Positions 8,372-20,253 of a stretch of 64,000 nt of DNA are shown piece after piece. Both the position numbers and the translations under genes were made by a program. The first letter of the stretch is position 1, and every line of letters starts with the position of its first letter. The notes under the pieces are model-generated. The model was given only the letters and a program-made list of their open reading frames with translations. It did no database searches and had not been told where the DNA came from. The DNA comes from an uncultured Gemmatimonadota bacterium. Its GTDB lineage: Bacteria > JAAXHH01. The DNA lies in assembly GCA_951812955.1 (NCBI GenBank), contig OX638340.1, forward strand, positions 1,600,001-1,664,000. The letters run 5' to 3'.

Positions 8372-9403
8372 TTAACCCCGGTCCTTGATGTTGTCGTCCC
8401 AGTACTTCATCCAGGTCCTTGACTGTTCGGAGAATACCTTCCAGTCGATGTCGAAGGGAGCGACGGAAAGATCGGCCATCCACGAGGGGAGAAGTTCCCT
8501 GGGTATGTCGCCGCGGGTCGGGATCCGGTAATACTCGGTGGCCTGCACGACCGTGTGGTCGACATTGGTCACGAATTCGTAGAACAGCCGGGCGTCGTTC
8601 GGATTCTTGCTGTTGGCGATGAGCGCGATGCCGTCGGTCAGCACCGGCGCGCCGCTGGCCGGCACCACGAAATCGAAGGGATAGTCGTACCGGTCCACCT
8701 GCAGCATGATGTCGCTCATGAGCCAGATGGAAACCAGCCCTTCCTTCCGGGCGAGCTTCTGGAACATCATGTTCGGGTCGGCGGCGTAATCCTTCGTGTT
8801 GGCGTCGAGCCGCGTGAGCCATTCATACCCCGCGTCGGGCAGGCCGGAATCCCGGTACGTGCGCCAGATCATCCCCGAGTATACCGTCCGCATCGTGCCC
8901 GAAGCCAGGGGGTAACGGATCACGATCAGGTCCCGCCACTTCGGATCGAGGAGTTCGTCCCAGTCCCGGGGCGCCGTTTCACTGGTCAGCTCGAGATTGT
9001 TGAAGGCGATTACGGGAATCAGCTGCGCCGTGCCGTACCAGTGGTCTTCCTCGTCCCGGAACTCAGGGAGCACGGCTTCCGCCCAGGTAGGCCGGTAGGG
9101 ACTGAGCAGGCCCTCGTCGGCTGCCTGGATGAAGTTGGTCGCCGGCGCGCCCCACCAGACGTCTCCCTGGGGATTGGCCCGTTCGGAGCGTACCCGGTCG
9201 AGCACGTCCTGCGAACCCATGTCGAGCCAGCGGATGTCGACATCCGGATGCGCGGCCTCGAAGCGTTTTTCGAACTCGGGCAGGATCGGTTTTCCGTGGG
9301 GAGAATAGACCGTCACGATCCGTTTGTCGGGATCGCCGCCGGTGCAGCCCATCGCCAGGACGGCCACGCACAGTGCGATCGTTGACCATTTCAAGTGTGT
9401 CAT
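8372..9403 (-). CDS. ABC transporter periplasmic substrate-binding lipoprotein (Fe3+/thiamine-type SBP)
   Basis: Lipoprotein signal MTHLKWSTIALCVAVLAMGC. The track ORF extends to 9505, but the Met at 9403 gives a canonical signal peptide. SBP fold and position in the operon support the call. Confidence 0.8.
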   Translation of the reverse strand: MTHLKWSTIALCVAVLAMGCTGGDPDKRIVTVYSPHGKPILPEFEKRFEAAHPDVDIRWLDMGSQDVLDRVRSERANPQGDVWWGAPATNFIQAADEGLLSPYRPTWAEAVLPEFRDEEDHWYGTAQLIPVIAFNNLELTSETAPRDWDELLDPKWRDLIVIRYPLASGTMRTVYSGMIWRTYRDSGLPDAGYEWLTRLDANTKDYAADPNMMFQKLARKEGLVSIWLMSDIMLQVDRYDYPFDFVVPASGAPVLTDGIALIANSKNPNDARLFYEFVTNVDHTVVQATEYYRIPTRGDIPRELLPSWMADLSVAPFDIDWKVFSEQSRTWMKYWDDNIKDRG

Positions 9404-9595
9404 GAACCCATCCCGCGAACGTGCCAATACCGATTCAGGAGCCCAGCCACGGCGCCGCGTATTGACGTGCAAGCGCCAGCGCAAGGCGTGGCTAGATATT
9501 ACCACGAAGCGGAAAGGGTGTCAACGCGGATTTGACGACAGGTCCGGTGGAATCGTGCCACGAAACCACGGGGCGCCGGGATCCCGCCGTATGGA

Positions 9596-10378
9596 TCAGG
9601 CAAGCCGGACTACCTCGGCCTTCGACCGGAATAGTTCCCCGCAGTAGATCCCTTCAAATGCCGAACCGCGTACGGTCTCGACGATACGGCGGGCCAGCGC
9701 GCGGCCGTCCTCGTCACCGGCACAGGAAAGATACAGGGATAGGGGAACGGATTCCGGGAAGGCGCGCTGGTACGCGTCGGGGTGACTGACCACCCCTGCG
9801 ATCACTTCCGGCGTTACGGGTTCGCCCTGTGCCAACCCGGTCAACCTGGCTACGCGCTCCGGGCGGTGCACCTGCCGGTCGTTCAGGAGGATGCCAACGG
9901 ACTTCAGGCTGGCGACGACTACGCCGCGGGTCGTCCCCGCCGGCACCACGGGCTCGTGGTCTCCCGGCGCCTTAAACAACCTCGCTCGGGCGCCGTCGGC
10001 CTTCATCAGCAGCAGGTCGGGCGCGCAGATCTTCCGCAAAGTGTCCAGTTCCTCCGTTTCCAGGCCCTTGAGCTTATCGGGCCTGGGCCGGGATCGGAGG
10101 ACCGTCAAGTGCCGGCGCGTTTTCAGTTCGCGGGGAAGGATCTCGGGCCAGTCCGGCGTCTCGCCGGTCACGTAGAACCCGCGGGTCTGCTTCGACGTGG
10201 GGGGATGGAGATGGGTCGTGGACGTGGTGATCACGGCGTAACCCCGGTCGACGGCTTCGCCCGCCAGCCGGTACATCAGCGTGGCCTTGCCGCCGCTGCC
10301 CACGATGGCTACGGCCTCTCCCCGGCTGATACAGAACATGTCCAGATAAGGCGTTTCCGGCGAACGACCGCTCACCAT
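9596..10378 (-). CDS. YqeC-like P-loop protein (selenium-dependent molybdenum hydroxylase accessory protein family)
   Basis: Blocks AIVGSGGKATL, TTSTTHLHPP and KADGARARLFKAPGDHEPVVP match the YqeC (TIGR03172-type) pattern from memory. Overlaps the rhomboid gene by 7 nt. Confidence 0.5.
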   Translation of the reverse strand: MVSGRSPETPYLDMFCISRGEAVAIVGSGGKATLMYRLAGEAVDRGYAVITTSTTHLHPPTSKQTRGFYVTGETPDWPEILPRELKTRRHLTVLRSRPRPDKLKGLETEELDTLRKICAPDLLLMKADGARARLFKAPGDHEPVVPAGTTRGVVVASLKSVGILLNDRQVHRPERVARLTGLAQGEPVTPEVIAGVVSHPDAYQRAFPESVPLSLYLSCAGDEDGRALARRIVETVRGSAFEGIYCGELFRSKAEVVRLA

Positions 10379-11094
10379 TCACCCCGCGGATTGATGTGGA
10401 TCGTTCGGGGCAGGTTCTTCAGGAAGCGCCGCACGAGGGCCATGCCCACGAGGAATCCGCCGATGTGCGCGTACCAGGCCACGCCGTCGCTGCCGATGCC
10501 CAGAATCTGCCGCAGGAACCAGATCCCAAGGATGATGACTGCGGGCACGTGGATAATCTGGATGAAGATGAACAGCAGGATGAAGGTCTTGATGTAGGCC
10601 CGAGGGTACAGGATGAAATAGGCGCCCAGGACGCCCGCGATGGCGCCGCTGGCGCCGATCATGGGAATGGCGGAATCGGGCTCGGAGATCACGTGCACCA
10701 GGGTGGCGCAGAGGCCAGTCAGTATATAGAAGAGCAGGAAGCGGCCCGAACCCATGGCGCTTTCCACGCTGTTGCCGAAGATCCACAGGTATAGCATGTT
10801 GCCGGCGAGATGCATGAAACCCCCGTGAACGAACATGGCCGTGAACAGCGTCAGGGGGAAGGGCACCAGGGCGTCGGGGTAATGCAGGGAGGTACCCGGA
10901 ATGGGAATGACGTCCCGGTCGACGAAACGGGTCAGTTCAAAGGGTATGGCCGCCGTCTTGAAAATGAATATCTGCTCACCCACCGGTCCCAGGACAAACT
11001 GGAATAGAAAGACCGCCGCGTTGGCGGCGAGCAGCGCGTAGGTGATAACGGGCCGGGAGAATGACGGGCTTTCAGCCTGGAGCGGTAGGAGCAT
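10372..11094 (-). CDS. Rhomboid-family intramembrane serine protease
   Basis: Catalytic GASGAIAG (GxSG) and AHIGGF (His) motifs, with 6 TM helices. Confidence 0.9.
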   Translation of the reverse strand: MLLPLQAESPSFSRPVITYALLAANAAVFLFQFVLGPVGEQIFIFKTAAIPFELTRFVDRDVIPIPGTSLHYPDALVPFPLTLFTAMFVHGGFMHLAGNMLYLWIFGNSVESAMGSGRFLLFYILTGLCATLVHVISEPDSAIPMIGASGAIAGVLGAYFILYPRAYIKTFILLFIFIQIIHVPAVIILGIWFLRQILGIGSDGVAWYAHIGGFLVGMALVRRFLKNLPRTIHINPRGEW

Positions 11095-11156
11095 GGGAAG
11101 GAGGTCGGTTCGTTACCGGCGGGACGGGGATCCATCCGGCCGGAAAAGGTTCCGTC

Positions 11157-13139
<1,983 letters not shown>

Positions 13140-13241
13140 AGGAAAACCCGTCGAGAAGTTTGGCGTAATTTCGACTGGCTAAAGAGGTGCCGCGACCCGT
13201 ATAATATATGCCGAAACAGCCTTAAACGCAAAGGAGAGAAA

Positions 13242-14066
13242 ATGTCTCATCCATTGTTTGACCTGAGCGGACGCGTCGCCCTGGTCTCCGGCGCGGCCAG
13301 CGGCATGGGCCGGGCGGCGTCCATCGGATTCGCCGAAGCGGGGGCGGATCTCATGCTGGCCGATATAAACGAGGAAGGCCTGCAGGATACGGTAAAAGAG
13401 ATCACGCGCCTGGGCCGCCGTGCCGAACCGGTCGTGTGCGACGTCTCCAACGGCGCGCAGATCCGCGCGATGTTCGCAAAGCTGGACGAAACCTACGGAC
13501 GCATCGACGTACTCGCCAACATCGCCGGCGAGGGCGGCGCCCACCGGTCGCCCCTGGAGATCACCGAAGCGGGACTCATCCAGACCCTGAACAACCTGGT
13601 CGTCGGGCGGTATGTCTGCTGCCAGGAAGGCGCTAAGCGCATGATCGACGCCGGCCGGGGCAGCATCATCAACATCGTGTCCATCGCCGGGCTATCGGCC
13701 CTCGGCCGCGGCCACATGGCCTACAGCATCGCCATGGGCGGCGTGGCCCAGATGGTTCGGGAGATGAGCACCGAATGGAGCAGCAAGGGGGTGCGCGTCA
13801 ACGCCATCGTGTGCGCCCAGATCATGAACAGGGACCTGGAGCGCCGCATCGGCGCCGATGCCAAGCTGGGCGACACTTATCTGCGGGGTATCCCCATCGG
13901 CCGTCTGGGCAAATCGGAAGACATCCAGGGTCTCGCCATCTTCCTCGCCTCCGACGCTTCAAGCTGGGTCACCGGGGCGCTGATGCCGCTGGATGGCGGC
14001 AACACGGCCAAGAACGCGGGCGGGTCGCATCCAAGACAGCCGAATGCGCCGGACGAGCAGAAGTAG
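13242..14066 (+). CDS. SDR-family short-chain dehydrogenase/reductase
   Basis: GAASGMGRA Rossmann motif, NIAG, and a YSIAMGG (YxxxK-like) region. Confidence 0.9.
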   Translation: MSHPLFDLSGRVALVSGAASGMGRAASIGFAEAGADLMLADINEEGLQDTVKEITRLGRRAEPVVCDVSNGAQIRAMFAKLDETYGRIDVLANIAGEGGAHRSPLEITEAGLIQTLNNLVVGRYVCCQEGAKRMIDAGRGSIINIVSIAGLSALGRGHMAYSIAMGGVAQMVREMSTEWSSKGVRVNAIVCAQIMNRDLERRIGADAKLGDTYLRGIPIGRLGKSEDIQGLAIFLASDASSWVTGALMPLDGGNTAKNAGGSHPRQPNAPDEQK

Positions 14067-14139
14067 GGCCGATCACGATAAGGTCGCAATTCCAGTACAA
14101 TACTCAGGATCGGTTGAATAGGGCTCAGCACGCGGCGGA

Positions 14140-14643
14140 CTACAACCCAGCCCGCTCTTTAACGAAGTCTACGAAGTCATCCGGACTTTCCGGGGAGACT
14201 ATAGCCGTCTGATCCCGGAACTTCAGGACGACGGACCGCTTCGGGTCTGTCGCATAGGCGCGATAAGCACCCAGTTTCGTATTCCGGAATCGCCCGCAGA
14301 AACAGAAAAGCCCGCCGACTCCCAACGTCCGAAGAGAACGTGCCATCGCCTCTGGATCCGCCTCCACGGACACCAGTTCCTTGAGGTCCATTTTCGACTG
14401 CCAGCCCAGGCGTTGTACCAGTAGCATATCGTCCGTTACCACATAGCCCCGGATCATCCAGCATGCCGATACGACAAGCAGCAAGGCAGGCATTACGACA
14501 GCGGCCAGGAAAAACAGGATGCTGGACCCGGACCCCACATCCTCCAGCCGGGATATCCCGAAAATCACCAGGATAACCAGGAACGAGACCGTCAATCCAG
14601 TGATCCATTTCACGGAGGTACTCCAGGGCGCTCCGAATCTCAT
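14140..14643 (-). CDS. Membrane protein with bacterial PH (bPH_2, YdbS/YdbT-like) domain
   Basis: The Met at 14643 forms an ATGA overlap with the upstream gene's stop. Two TM helices followed by a PH-like domain. The track ORF 14140..14721 would overlap the upstream gene by 82 nt. Confidence 0.55.
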   Translation of the reverse strand: MRFGAPWSTSVKWITGLTVSFLVILVIFGISRLEDVGSGSSILFFLAAVVMPALLLVVSACWMIRGYVVTDDMLLVQRLGWQSKMDLKELVSVEADPEAMARSLRTLGVGGLFCFCGRFRNTKLGAYRAYATDPKRSVVLKFRDQTAIVSPESPDDFVDFVKERAGL

Positions 14644-15059
14644 TTTGAAATCCTCCCCGCCAGATCGGCCAGCAGTGCGATCAGGCCCGACGCGATGGCG
14701 AATGTCCCGATCCATATCCATCGGATCGGTGTATGACTCAGATTAAACTCCAGCACCTCCCAGAACACACCAATCATTCCCCCGTAGAAGAAGAAAAACA
14801 CGAAATTCATAGCAGCGGGGATGATGTCCCCTACCTGGTGAACCATGCGATGGAAAACAACGGCATCAGCGGCTATCAGCAGGACGGTGAACAAAACAAA
14901 CATGTCCCGCCCCAGCCACAGGTTTGGTTCATCATCCAAACTGAATTGAATGGCCATGTCAGCGGGCAGCTGGCTTCTGACTGCCAGACTATAGAGTAGC
15001 CAGCAGGCTGCGCAGGTCCAGGCCAGTACCACCAATATGCGTTGGGATGAGGTGGTCAT
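14640..15059 (-). CDS. DUF1648/SdpI-like membrane protein
   Basis: The N-terminal motif QLPADMAIQFSLDDEPNLWLGRD resembles DUF1648. Four TM helices. Confidence 0.5.
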   Translation of the reverse strand: MTTSSQRILVVLAWTCAACWLLYSLAVRSQLPADMAIQFSLDDEPNLWLGRDMFVLFTVLLIAADAVVFHRMVHQVGDIIPAAMNFVFFFFYGGMIGVFWEVLEFNLSHTPIRWIWIGTFAIASGLIALLADLAGRISK

Positions 15060-15129
15060 TTTCTACCTTGCAATCATGTACGGGAACAAAGTAAATGTGG
15101 TAGCGGACGCTCAGTAAAATGCCCGGGAA

Positions 15130-16251
15130 TTACCGATCGAGCATCAGGGATACCCCGGTCTGCCCATCAAACAGGTGGATCTTCTCAGAATCGAAAAAAA
15201 CATCCAGACCGTCCCCCCTGTCCATCCGACTGTCCGGCCGGGTGCGGACCTTGACGTTGCTGCCGCCTACATCCACGGTCAGGTAGAGGTCGCTGCCCAT
15301 GGGCTCGCGGACCACGACGGACGCCCGGGCCACCGGTGTGTTTCCGGGCTCCGGATTGGTCTCGCTTTCTATCCCGATATCCTCCGCGCGGGCGCCAAGG
15401 AAAACCTCCCGTCCTAGTGGATCTTCTATTCGCTCGACCATGGACTGCGAGACGTTGCACGCAAATCCATCGCCCACCACCCGCCAGGCGCCGGCGGCCG
15501 ATTCCTGCTGCTGCAGCACCCCTTTGAGCAGGTTAATGGGCGGACTCCCCACAAATCCGGCCACAAAGGTATTGGCGGGGTTGTCGTAGATGGACTCGGG
15601 CGTTCCGATCTGCTGGATTTCGCCATCCTTCATCACCACGATCCGGTCGGAGAGGATGAGCGACTCGGCCTGATCGTGGGTGACGTAGACGAAGGTCATT
15701 TCCAGGTCGCCGTGAAGCCGCTTCAACTCCGTGCGCATCACCACCCGCAGTTGCGCGTCCAGGTTGGACAGGGGTTCGTCGAGAAGGAACACGCCCGGAT
15801 CGCGGACGATGGCGCGCGCCAGGGCGACCCGCTGCCGCTGGCCTCCGCTCAGTGCACGGGGCTTGCGGTCCAGTAGAAGCTCGATCTCCATGGTCTTCGC
15901 CGCCTCCAGCACGAGCCGCTTCCGGTCCTCTGTCGGCACGCCGCGCATCTTCAGTCCAAAAGCAACATTGTCGAAGACGCTCATGTGGGGATACAGAGCG
16001 TAGGTCTGGAACACCATGGCGATGTCCCGCCGTTCGGGCGGCACGGCCGTTACGTTCCAGTCGTCGAACCACACCTCGCCCGCCGTAGGGGATTCCAAAC
16101 CGGCGATCATGTTGAGCAGGGTGGTCTTGCCACAGCCGGAAGGACCCAGGAGCGTCAGGAACTCGCGGTCGGCGATGTCGAGAGTAACGTTGTCGACCGC
16201 AACCACGTCTCCGAAGTGCTTCGTAAGGTTTTTCAAACGGACTCGTGCCAA
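15130..16251 (-). CDS. Sugar ABC transporter ATP-binding protein (MalK/UgpC type, C-terminal TOBE domain)
   Basis: Walker [30 protein letters not shown]. Confidence 0.9.
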   Translation of the reverse strand: MARVRLKNLTKHFGDVVAVDNVTLDIADREFLTLLGPSGCGKTTLLNMIAGLESPTAGEVWFDDWNVTAVPPERRDIAMVFQTYALYPHMSVFDNVAFGLKMRGVPTEDRKRLVLEAAKTMEIELLLDRKPRALSGGQRQRVALARAIVRDPGVFLLDEPLSNLDAQLRVVMRTELKRLHGDLEMTFVYVTHDQAESLILSDRIVVMKDGEIQQIGTPESIYDNPANTFVAGFVGSPPINLLKGVLQQQESAAGAWRVVGDGFACNVSQSMVERIEDPLGREVFLGARAEDIGIESETNPEPGNTPVARASVVVREPMGSDLYLTVDVGGSNVKVRTRPDSRMDRGDGLDVFFDSEKIHLFDGQTGVSLMLDR

Positions 16252-16355
16252 TGAAATACCTCCAATGTTGCGCGATCAACCGACTTCCTGACCACCAGGT
16301 CTATCGGTTACCATTTCGTCCCGTTGCCAGTTCACCCGGCCAACGTGTAACCCGC

Positions 16356-17201
16356 CTAACCGGTCACCGAACCGCCGATGCCCTGGATGATGAGCCGCTG
16401 GAATAAGAAGGACAGGACCAGGGGCAGGAGGATGACCAGCACGCCGCCCGCGGCGATGACGGTGAAGGGCACCTGCAGTTCCTGGGCGAAATCCGACGCC
16501 AGCACCGTCACCGGCCTGGAGGCGATGGTGGTGGTGAAGAGCAGGGCGAAAAGGAACTCACCCCAGGACGCGATAAAAGCGAAGATGCCCACGGCCACCA
16601 ACCCCGGCGTGGTGACGGGCAGAAAGACCCTTACCAGAGCGCCCAGCGGCGTACAGCCGTCGACCCGCGCGGCCCGTTCCAGGTCCAGGGGCACGGTTTG
16701 GAAATATCCCTTCAGTATCCAGATGGTAAACGGCAGGGTAAATGTCGTGTGGGACAGGATCACCGACAGGTGCGTGTCCAGTAGTCCGTAACTCCGCATC
16801 AGCAGGTACATGGGAATCATGATTGCCACGCCGGGCACGCTCCTGGATCCGAGGTAGAAGAGCAGGAGCAGCAGGTTGCCCCGGAAGGGCAGGCGCGCCA
16901 GGGCATAGGCTGCCAGGGATCCGCAGGTCAGGTTGAGGAGCATCACCGCGGTGCCGATGATCAGGCTGTTGACGATGGCCCGGGGAAACTGGCGAGCGAT
17001 GGCGGCACCCACGTCCGCCGACCGGCCGTCCACCTGGAAATAGAGGTTGTAGTTCCCCATCGTGGGCTCCTCCGGCCACCAGCGCTGCTGCGTCACTTCC
17101 CGTTCGGGCATGAAACTGACTGCGGTCACCCAGGCGAAGGGCAGGGTCAGGTAGACCACGGCCACCAGGGCGTAGATGTAAAGCGAGGCGCGACGCCACA
17201 T
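16356..17201 (-). CDS. Carbohydrate ABC transporter permease (MalG/UgpE type)
   Basis: EAA loop (LERAARVDGCTPLGALVRVFLP). Confidence 0.9.
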   Translation of the reverse strand: MWRRASLYIYALVAVVYLTLPFAWVTAVSFMPEREVTQQRWWPEEPTMGNYNLYFQVDGRSADVGAAIARQFPRAIVNSLIIGTAVMLLNLTCGSLAAYALARLPFRGNLLLLLFYLGSRSVPGVAIMIPMYLLMRSYGLLDTHLSVILSHTTFTLPFTIWILKGYFQTVPLDLERAARVDGCTPLGALVRVFLPVTTPGLVAVGIFAFIASWGEFLFALLFTTTIASRPVTVLASDFAQELQVPFTVIAAGGVLVILLPLVLSFLFQRLIIQGIGGSVTG

Positions 17202-17210
17202 GGTTTTCTC

Positions 17211-18140
17211 CTATCCCTGTACGAGTCCGCGGCGGTAGAGCAGCCGGATGTAGATGACGGCCAGGGTCATGGTGATCACGGTTATCAAGTACGAATAGGC
17301 GTTGGCACCGCCGAAATCGAGGCGGGCGAAGGCTTCCTTGTAGGTCTGCCAGGCGATCACGTGGGTGGCGTCGCCGGGTCCGCCTCCGGTGAGCGCGTAG
17401 ATCAGGTCGAAGGCCCGGAAGCCGTTCATGGTCTCGAAGATGGCGACGACGAGTACGGCGTGGTAGAGCCAGGGCAGGGTGATGAAACGGAAGCGGTTCC
17501 ACGACGTGGCGCCGTCCACCCGGGCAGCCCGGTACTGCTCCGTCGGTATGGCCTGGATGGCCGCCAGGAAGATGATGCAGGCGAAGGGTACGCTGCGCCA
17601 CACGTGGGCACCGATGGCTGCGTTGAGCGCCACGAAAGGCGAGGCCATGCCAGTATATACAATGTCTAAACCGAACAGGTAGTTGACAACGGCAACGGAG
17701 TCCGCGAGCATGGCATTGAAAGCGCCGTAGTCACCGAGCAGGCCCACCCACATGAGCCCGTTGACCACGCCTGGTATGGCCCAGGGGATGAGCAGTAAGG
17801 CCCGGACCACGCCGCGGCCACGGAATGACTCGTGCAGCAGCAAGGCGATGGCCATAGCGATCACGATGACCAGCAGTACGGCCATGAAGGTGAAGTAAAG
17901 CGAGATCCAGAGGGCGTTCCAGAACTCGGAACTTGCGAGGATGGTCGCGTAGTTATCCAGGCCGTGGAAGTACACCTGGTCCGGCCGGCGCAGGTTGTAC
18001 CGGTGCAGGCTCATCCAGAAGGAGATGCCGATGGGATAGGCAATGAAGGCGAGAAGCAGGATAACCGCGGGCAGGTTCAGCAGCAGGGGCAGGGCGTCAC
18101 GCGTCCTCGACATGAGATGGGAGGGATTCAGTACGGTCAT
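17211..18140 (-). CDS. Carbohydrate ABC transporter permease (MalF/UgpA type)
   Basis: EAA loop (YRAARVDGATSWNRFRFITLP). Confidence 0.9.
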   Translation of the reverse strand: MTVLNPSHLMSRTRDALPLLLNLPAVILLLAFIAYPIGISFWMSLHRYNLRRPDQVYFHGLDNYATILASSEFWNALWISLYFTFMAVLLVIVIAMAIALLLHESFRGRGVVRALLLIPWAIPGVVNGLMWVGLLGDYGAFNAMLADSVAVVNYLFGLDIVYTGMASPFVALNAAIGAHVWRSVPFACIIFLAAIQAIPTEQYRAARVDGATSWNRFRFITLPWLYHAVLVVAIFETMNGFRAFDLIYALTGGGPGDATHVIAWQTYKEAFARLDFGGANAYSYLITVITMTLAVIYIRLLYRRGLVQG

Positions 18141-18150
18141 ATTCGCGACT

Positions 18151-19530
18151 TCAACTCCAATCCGCGATCAACTGGCGGCAGCGCTGCGCGATTTTGCCAA
18201 GTCCGTCGCGGGCGGACTGCTGCCCCAGGAGAACCTTCTGAATCTCCGGCTGGTAGTAGATCTTGAAGTCAGGGAACCACGGCGCCTTGATGTTCTCCCG
18301 CGGCCTGACGTACCGAGCCTGTTCCCGGACCTTTTCGATTTCGCCCCACTGTTCGGTCTGGTCGATCACCACAGGATCGTCCAGCAGCGACCGGTAGGCG
18401 AATCCGAGACCCCGCAGTCGGAACCAGCGGCGGGCCGTGTAGTATTCTCCTGCCGCGTCCTTCGCGCCCAGGAACTTCATCAATTCCCATGCGTCCTGCA
18501 TCCGGTCTTCCCGACACCGCGACGTGAGGCAGTACATCCGCGTCCAGCCCAGGGTACCGTTCTGTTCCGCCGAGATCGACGGAACCGGCGCCATCCGGTA
18601 CACCTTCGCGTGCTGAGCGTCGGACCCTCGCCGCTTGAGCTCATCGTCCGCGGCCGCCGAATTCCGCCGATTGTTCACGTATTCCAGGTCGTACTTGTTG
18701 AGGATGCCGTAGACCTGCCTGCCGCTGGCGACGTGATCGCGCATCTGCCCCGCGGTGAGCGACGAAGGAGAGATGATGCGGTGGCGTTGAATCCCGTCCG
18801 TGAGCCACTGCAGGATGGTTTCGGCCCGGCGATCCTCGTCGTCGGGAAACGTGGGATTGAGGTCATCGTCGAACAGCGTCGCTTCGCTGGCATAGTTCAG
18901 TGTCCACCAGTCGAGGAATCCGAGCACGCTTTGCCGGAAGTTCAGCATGATCGGATACTCGATTACGTCCCCTGCCGGCGTGCGGACCCGCGCCTCCCGG
19001 ACCTTGATGGCCTGCTCGGTCAGCTCGTCCAGTGTGCGGGCAGGGGCGTCGAAACCCGCCGCCTCGAGCATGGGCTCGTTGTAGATCCAGATGTTGAAGT
19101 CGGTGTAGTAGGGAAGCCCGTACCGCTCGCCGCCGTAGGTCATGGAAGAGAGGTTGTAGGAGAAGAGATCCGAGGTCGTCGCCGAAGTTTCCGGATCCGC
19201 GGCCAGGAGGTCGTCGCAGGGACGGAGCCAGCCCGCCTCGACCCACTCGGCGAAGTCGTCGTCGCGGACGTAGCAGCATTCCATGGGCGCCCCGCCCACG
19301 TGCAACGCCACCATCTTGTCGTGGTAGTTGCCCGACACCGCGTTGTAGTCCACGGTGATGCCAGTCTGCTGCTCGAAGTAGTCGAGGTTTTCCCGGACCA
19401 GGTCGGGTTCGTACACCCATCCCTTGAAGATGACGCCGGGCGAAGGCGCCGGACTGCATCTGGCCATCAGGCCCAGGCCCGCTGCGGTCGAAGACTGCAG
19501 GAACGTACGACGCGTCATCCGGGTTTTCAC
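18151..19530 (-). CDS. Extracellular solute-binding protein, family 1 (sugar ABC SBP) with Tat-type signal
   Basis: Twin-arginine motif MTRRTFLQSSTAAGLGL. 459 aa, first gene of the SBP-MalF-MalG-MalK operon. Confidence 0.85.
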   Translation of the reverse strand: MKTRMTRRTFLQSSTAAGLGLMARCSPAPSPGVIFKGWVYEPDLVRENLDYFEQQTGITVDYNAVSGNYHDKMVALHVGGAPMECCYVRDDDFAEWVEAGWLRPCDDLLAADPETSATTSDLFSYNLSSMTYGGERYGLPYYTDFNIWIYNEPMLEAAGFDAPARTLDELTEQAIKVREARVRTPAGDVIEYPIMLNFRQSVLGFLDWWTLNYASEATLFDDDLNPTFPDDEDRRAETILQWLTDGIQRHRIISPSSLTAGQMRDHVASGRQVYGILNKYDLEYVNNRRNSAAADDELKRRGSDAQHAKVYRMAPVPSISAEQNGTLGWTRMYCLTSRCREDRMQDAWELMKFLGAKDAAGEYYTARRWFRLRGLGFAYRSLLDDPVVIDQTEQWGEIEKVREQARYVRPRENIKAPWFPDFKIYYQPEIQKVLLGQQSARDGLGKIAQRCRQLIADWS

Positions 19531-19624
19531 GGGAAAGCGGTCCCTTCAGTAGGAAATCGTCCTGATGTGGCGGAACAGAAAGGTGCCATTGACCGGTGGC
19601 GATCGGGCACCAGCGAACCCGGGC

Positions 19625-20074
19625 TCAGCGCGCGCACGCCGGACACCGGTCCGTGTCCGGATCGTGGATGGGCTGTCCACACTCTGAGCACGGGCCAAGT
19701 GGATATTCGTCGGGTTGCGTGCGCGAACCGTGTTTATAGTTGATGGTCCGCCATACGGTCTCGCCGTCTTTCTCCGAGTAGCACAGCCAGCGGCCCTCTT
19801 TCTTACCGTCGTAGGATTTGCCCACGTGGGGACCGTAGTCACCTTCCCACTTCCTGGTTCCGTTCTCGTGGTAACAGACGTACCATCCTTCGTTCAGTCC
19901 GTTTTTGAAGAGACCTTCGCTCTGCTTGTTGCCGTTGCTGAAATACTGGATCCAATTACCGTCCTTTACACCCATCCGGTAATTGCCCTCGCTGCGTTTG
20001 TTGCCGTTGGCGAAATAAGAGACCCAGTAGCCGTCTTTCTTGCCGTTTACGGTATTGCCTTCGGAAAGGGCCAT
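19625..20074 (-). CDS. MORN-repeat protein with C-terminal CxxC...CxxC zinc ribbon
   Basis: Repeated G(N/K)W.xY..NG.K..EG MORN-variant units, ending CSECGQPIHDPDTDRCPAC. Confidence 0.65.
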   Translation of the reverse strand: MALSEGNTVNGKKDGYWVSYFANGNKRSEGNYRMGVKDGNWIQYFSNGNKQSEGLFKNGLNEGWYVCYHENGTRKWEGDYGPHVGKSYDGKKEGRWLCYSEKDGETVWRTINYKHGSRTQPDEYPLGPCSECGQPIHDPDTDRCPACAR

Positions 20075-20253
20075 GGCCGATTCATCCTGTAATTAGATAT
20101 CTGAAGTACAGTCTATCGATTTCAGGATTAGCCTTGCGGTGCACAATGTACCCATGTTATTAAGGATACGACGTTTATTCAAGACCTTCTTGCGACATCG
20201 CGCCTGCGACATCGCACGACCGCTTTGAACCGCCACACGACAGGGATCCCGCC

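Noticed and set aside
9404-9505. Upstream extension of the Fe/thiamine SBP ORF to 9505
   Set aside because: The internal Met at 9403 gives a canonical lipoprotein signal peptide; the extension has no RBS support.
18043-19743. 566-aa plus-strand ORF
   Set aside because: Antisense to the sugar SBP gene, which has a clear Tat signal and SBP fold.
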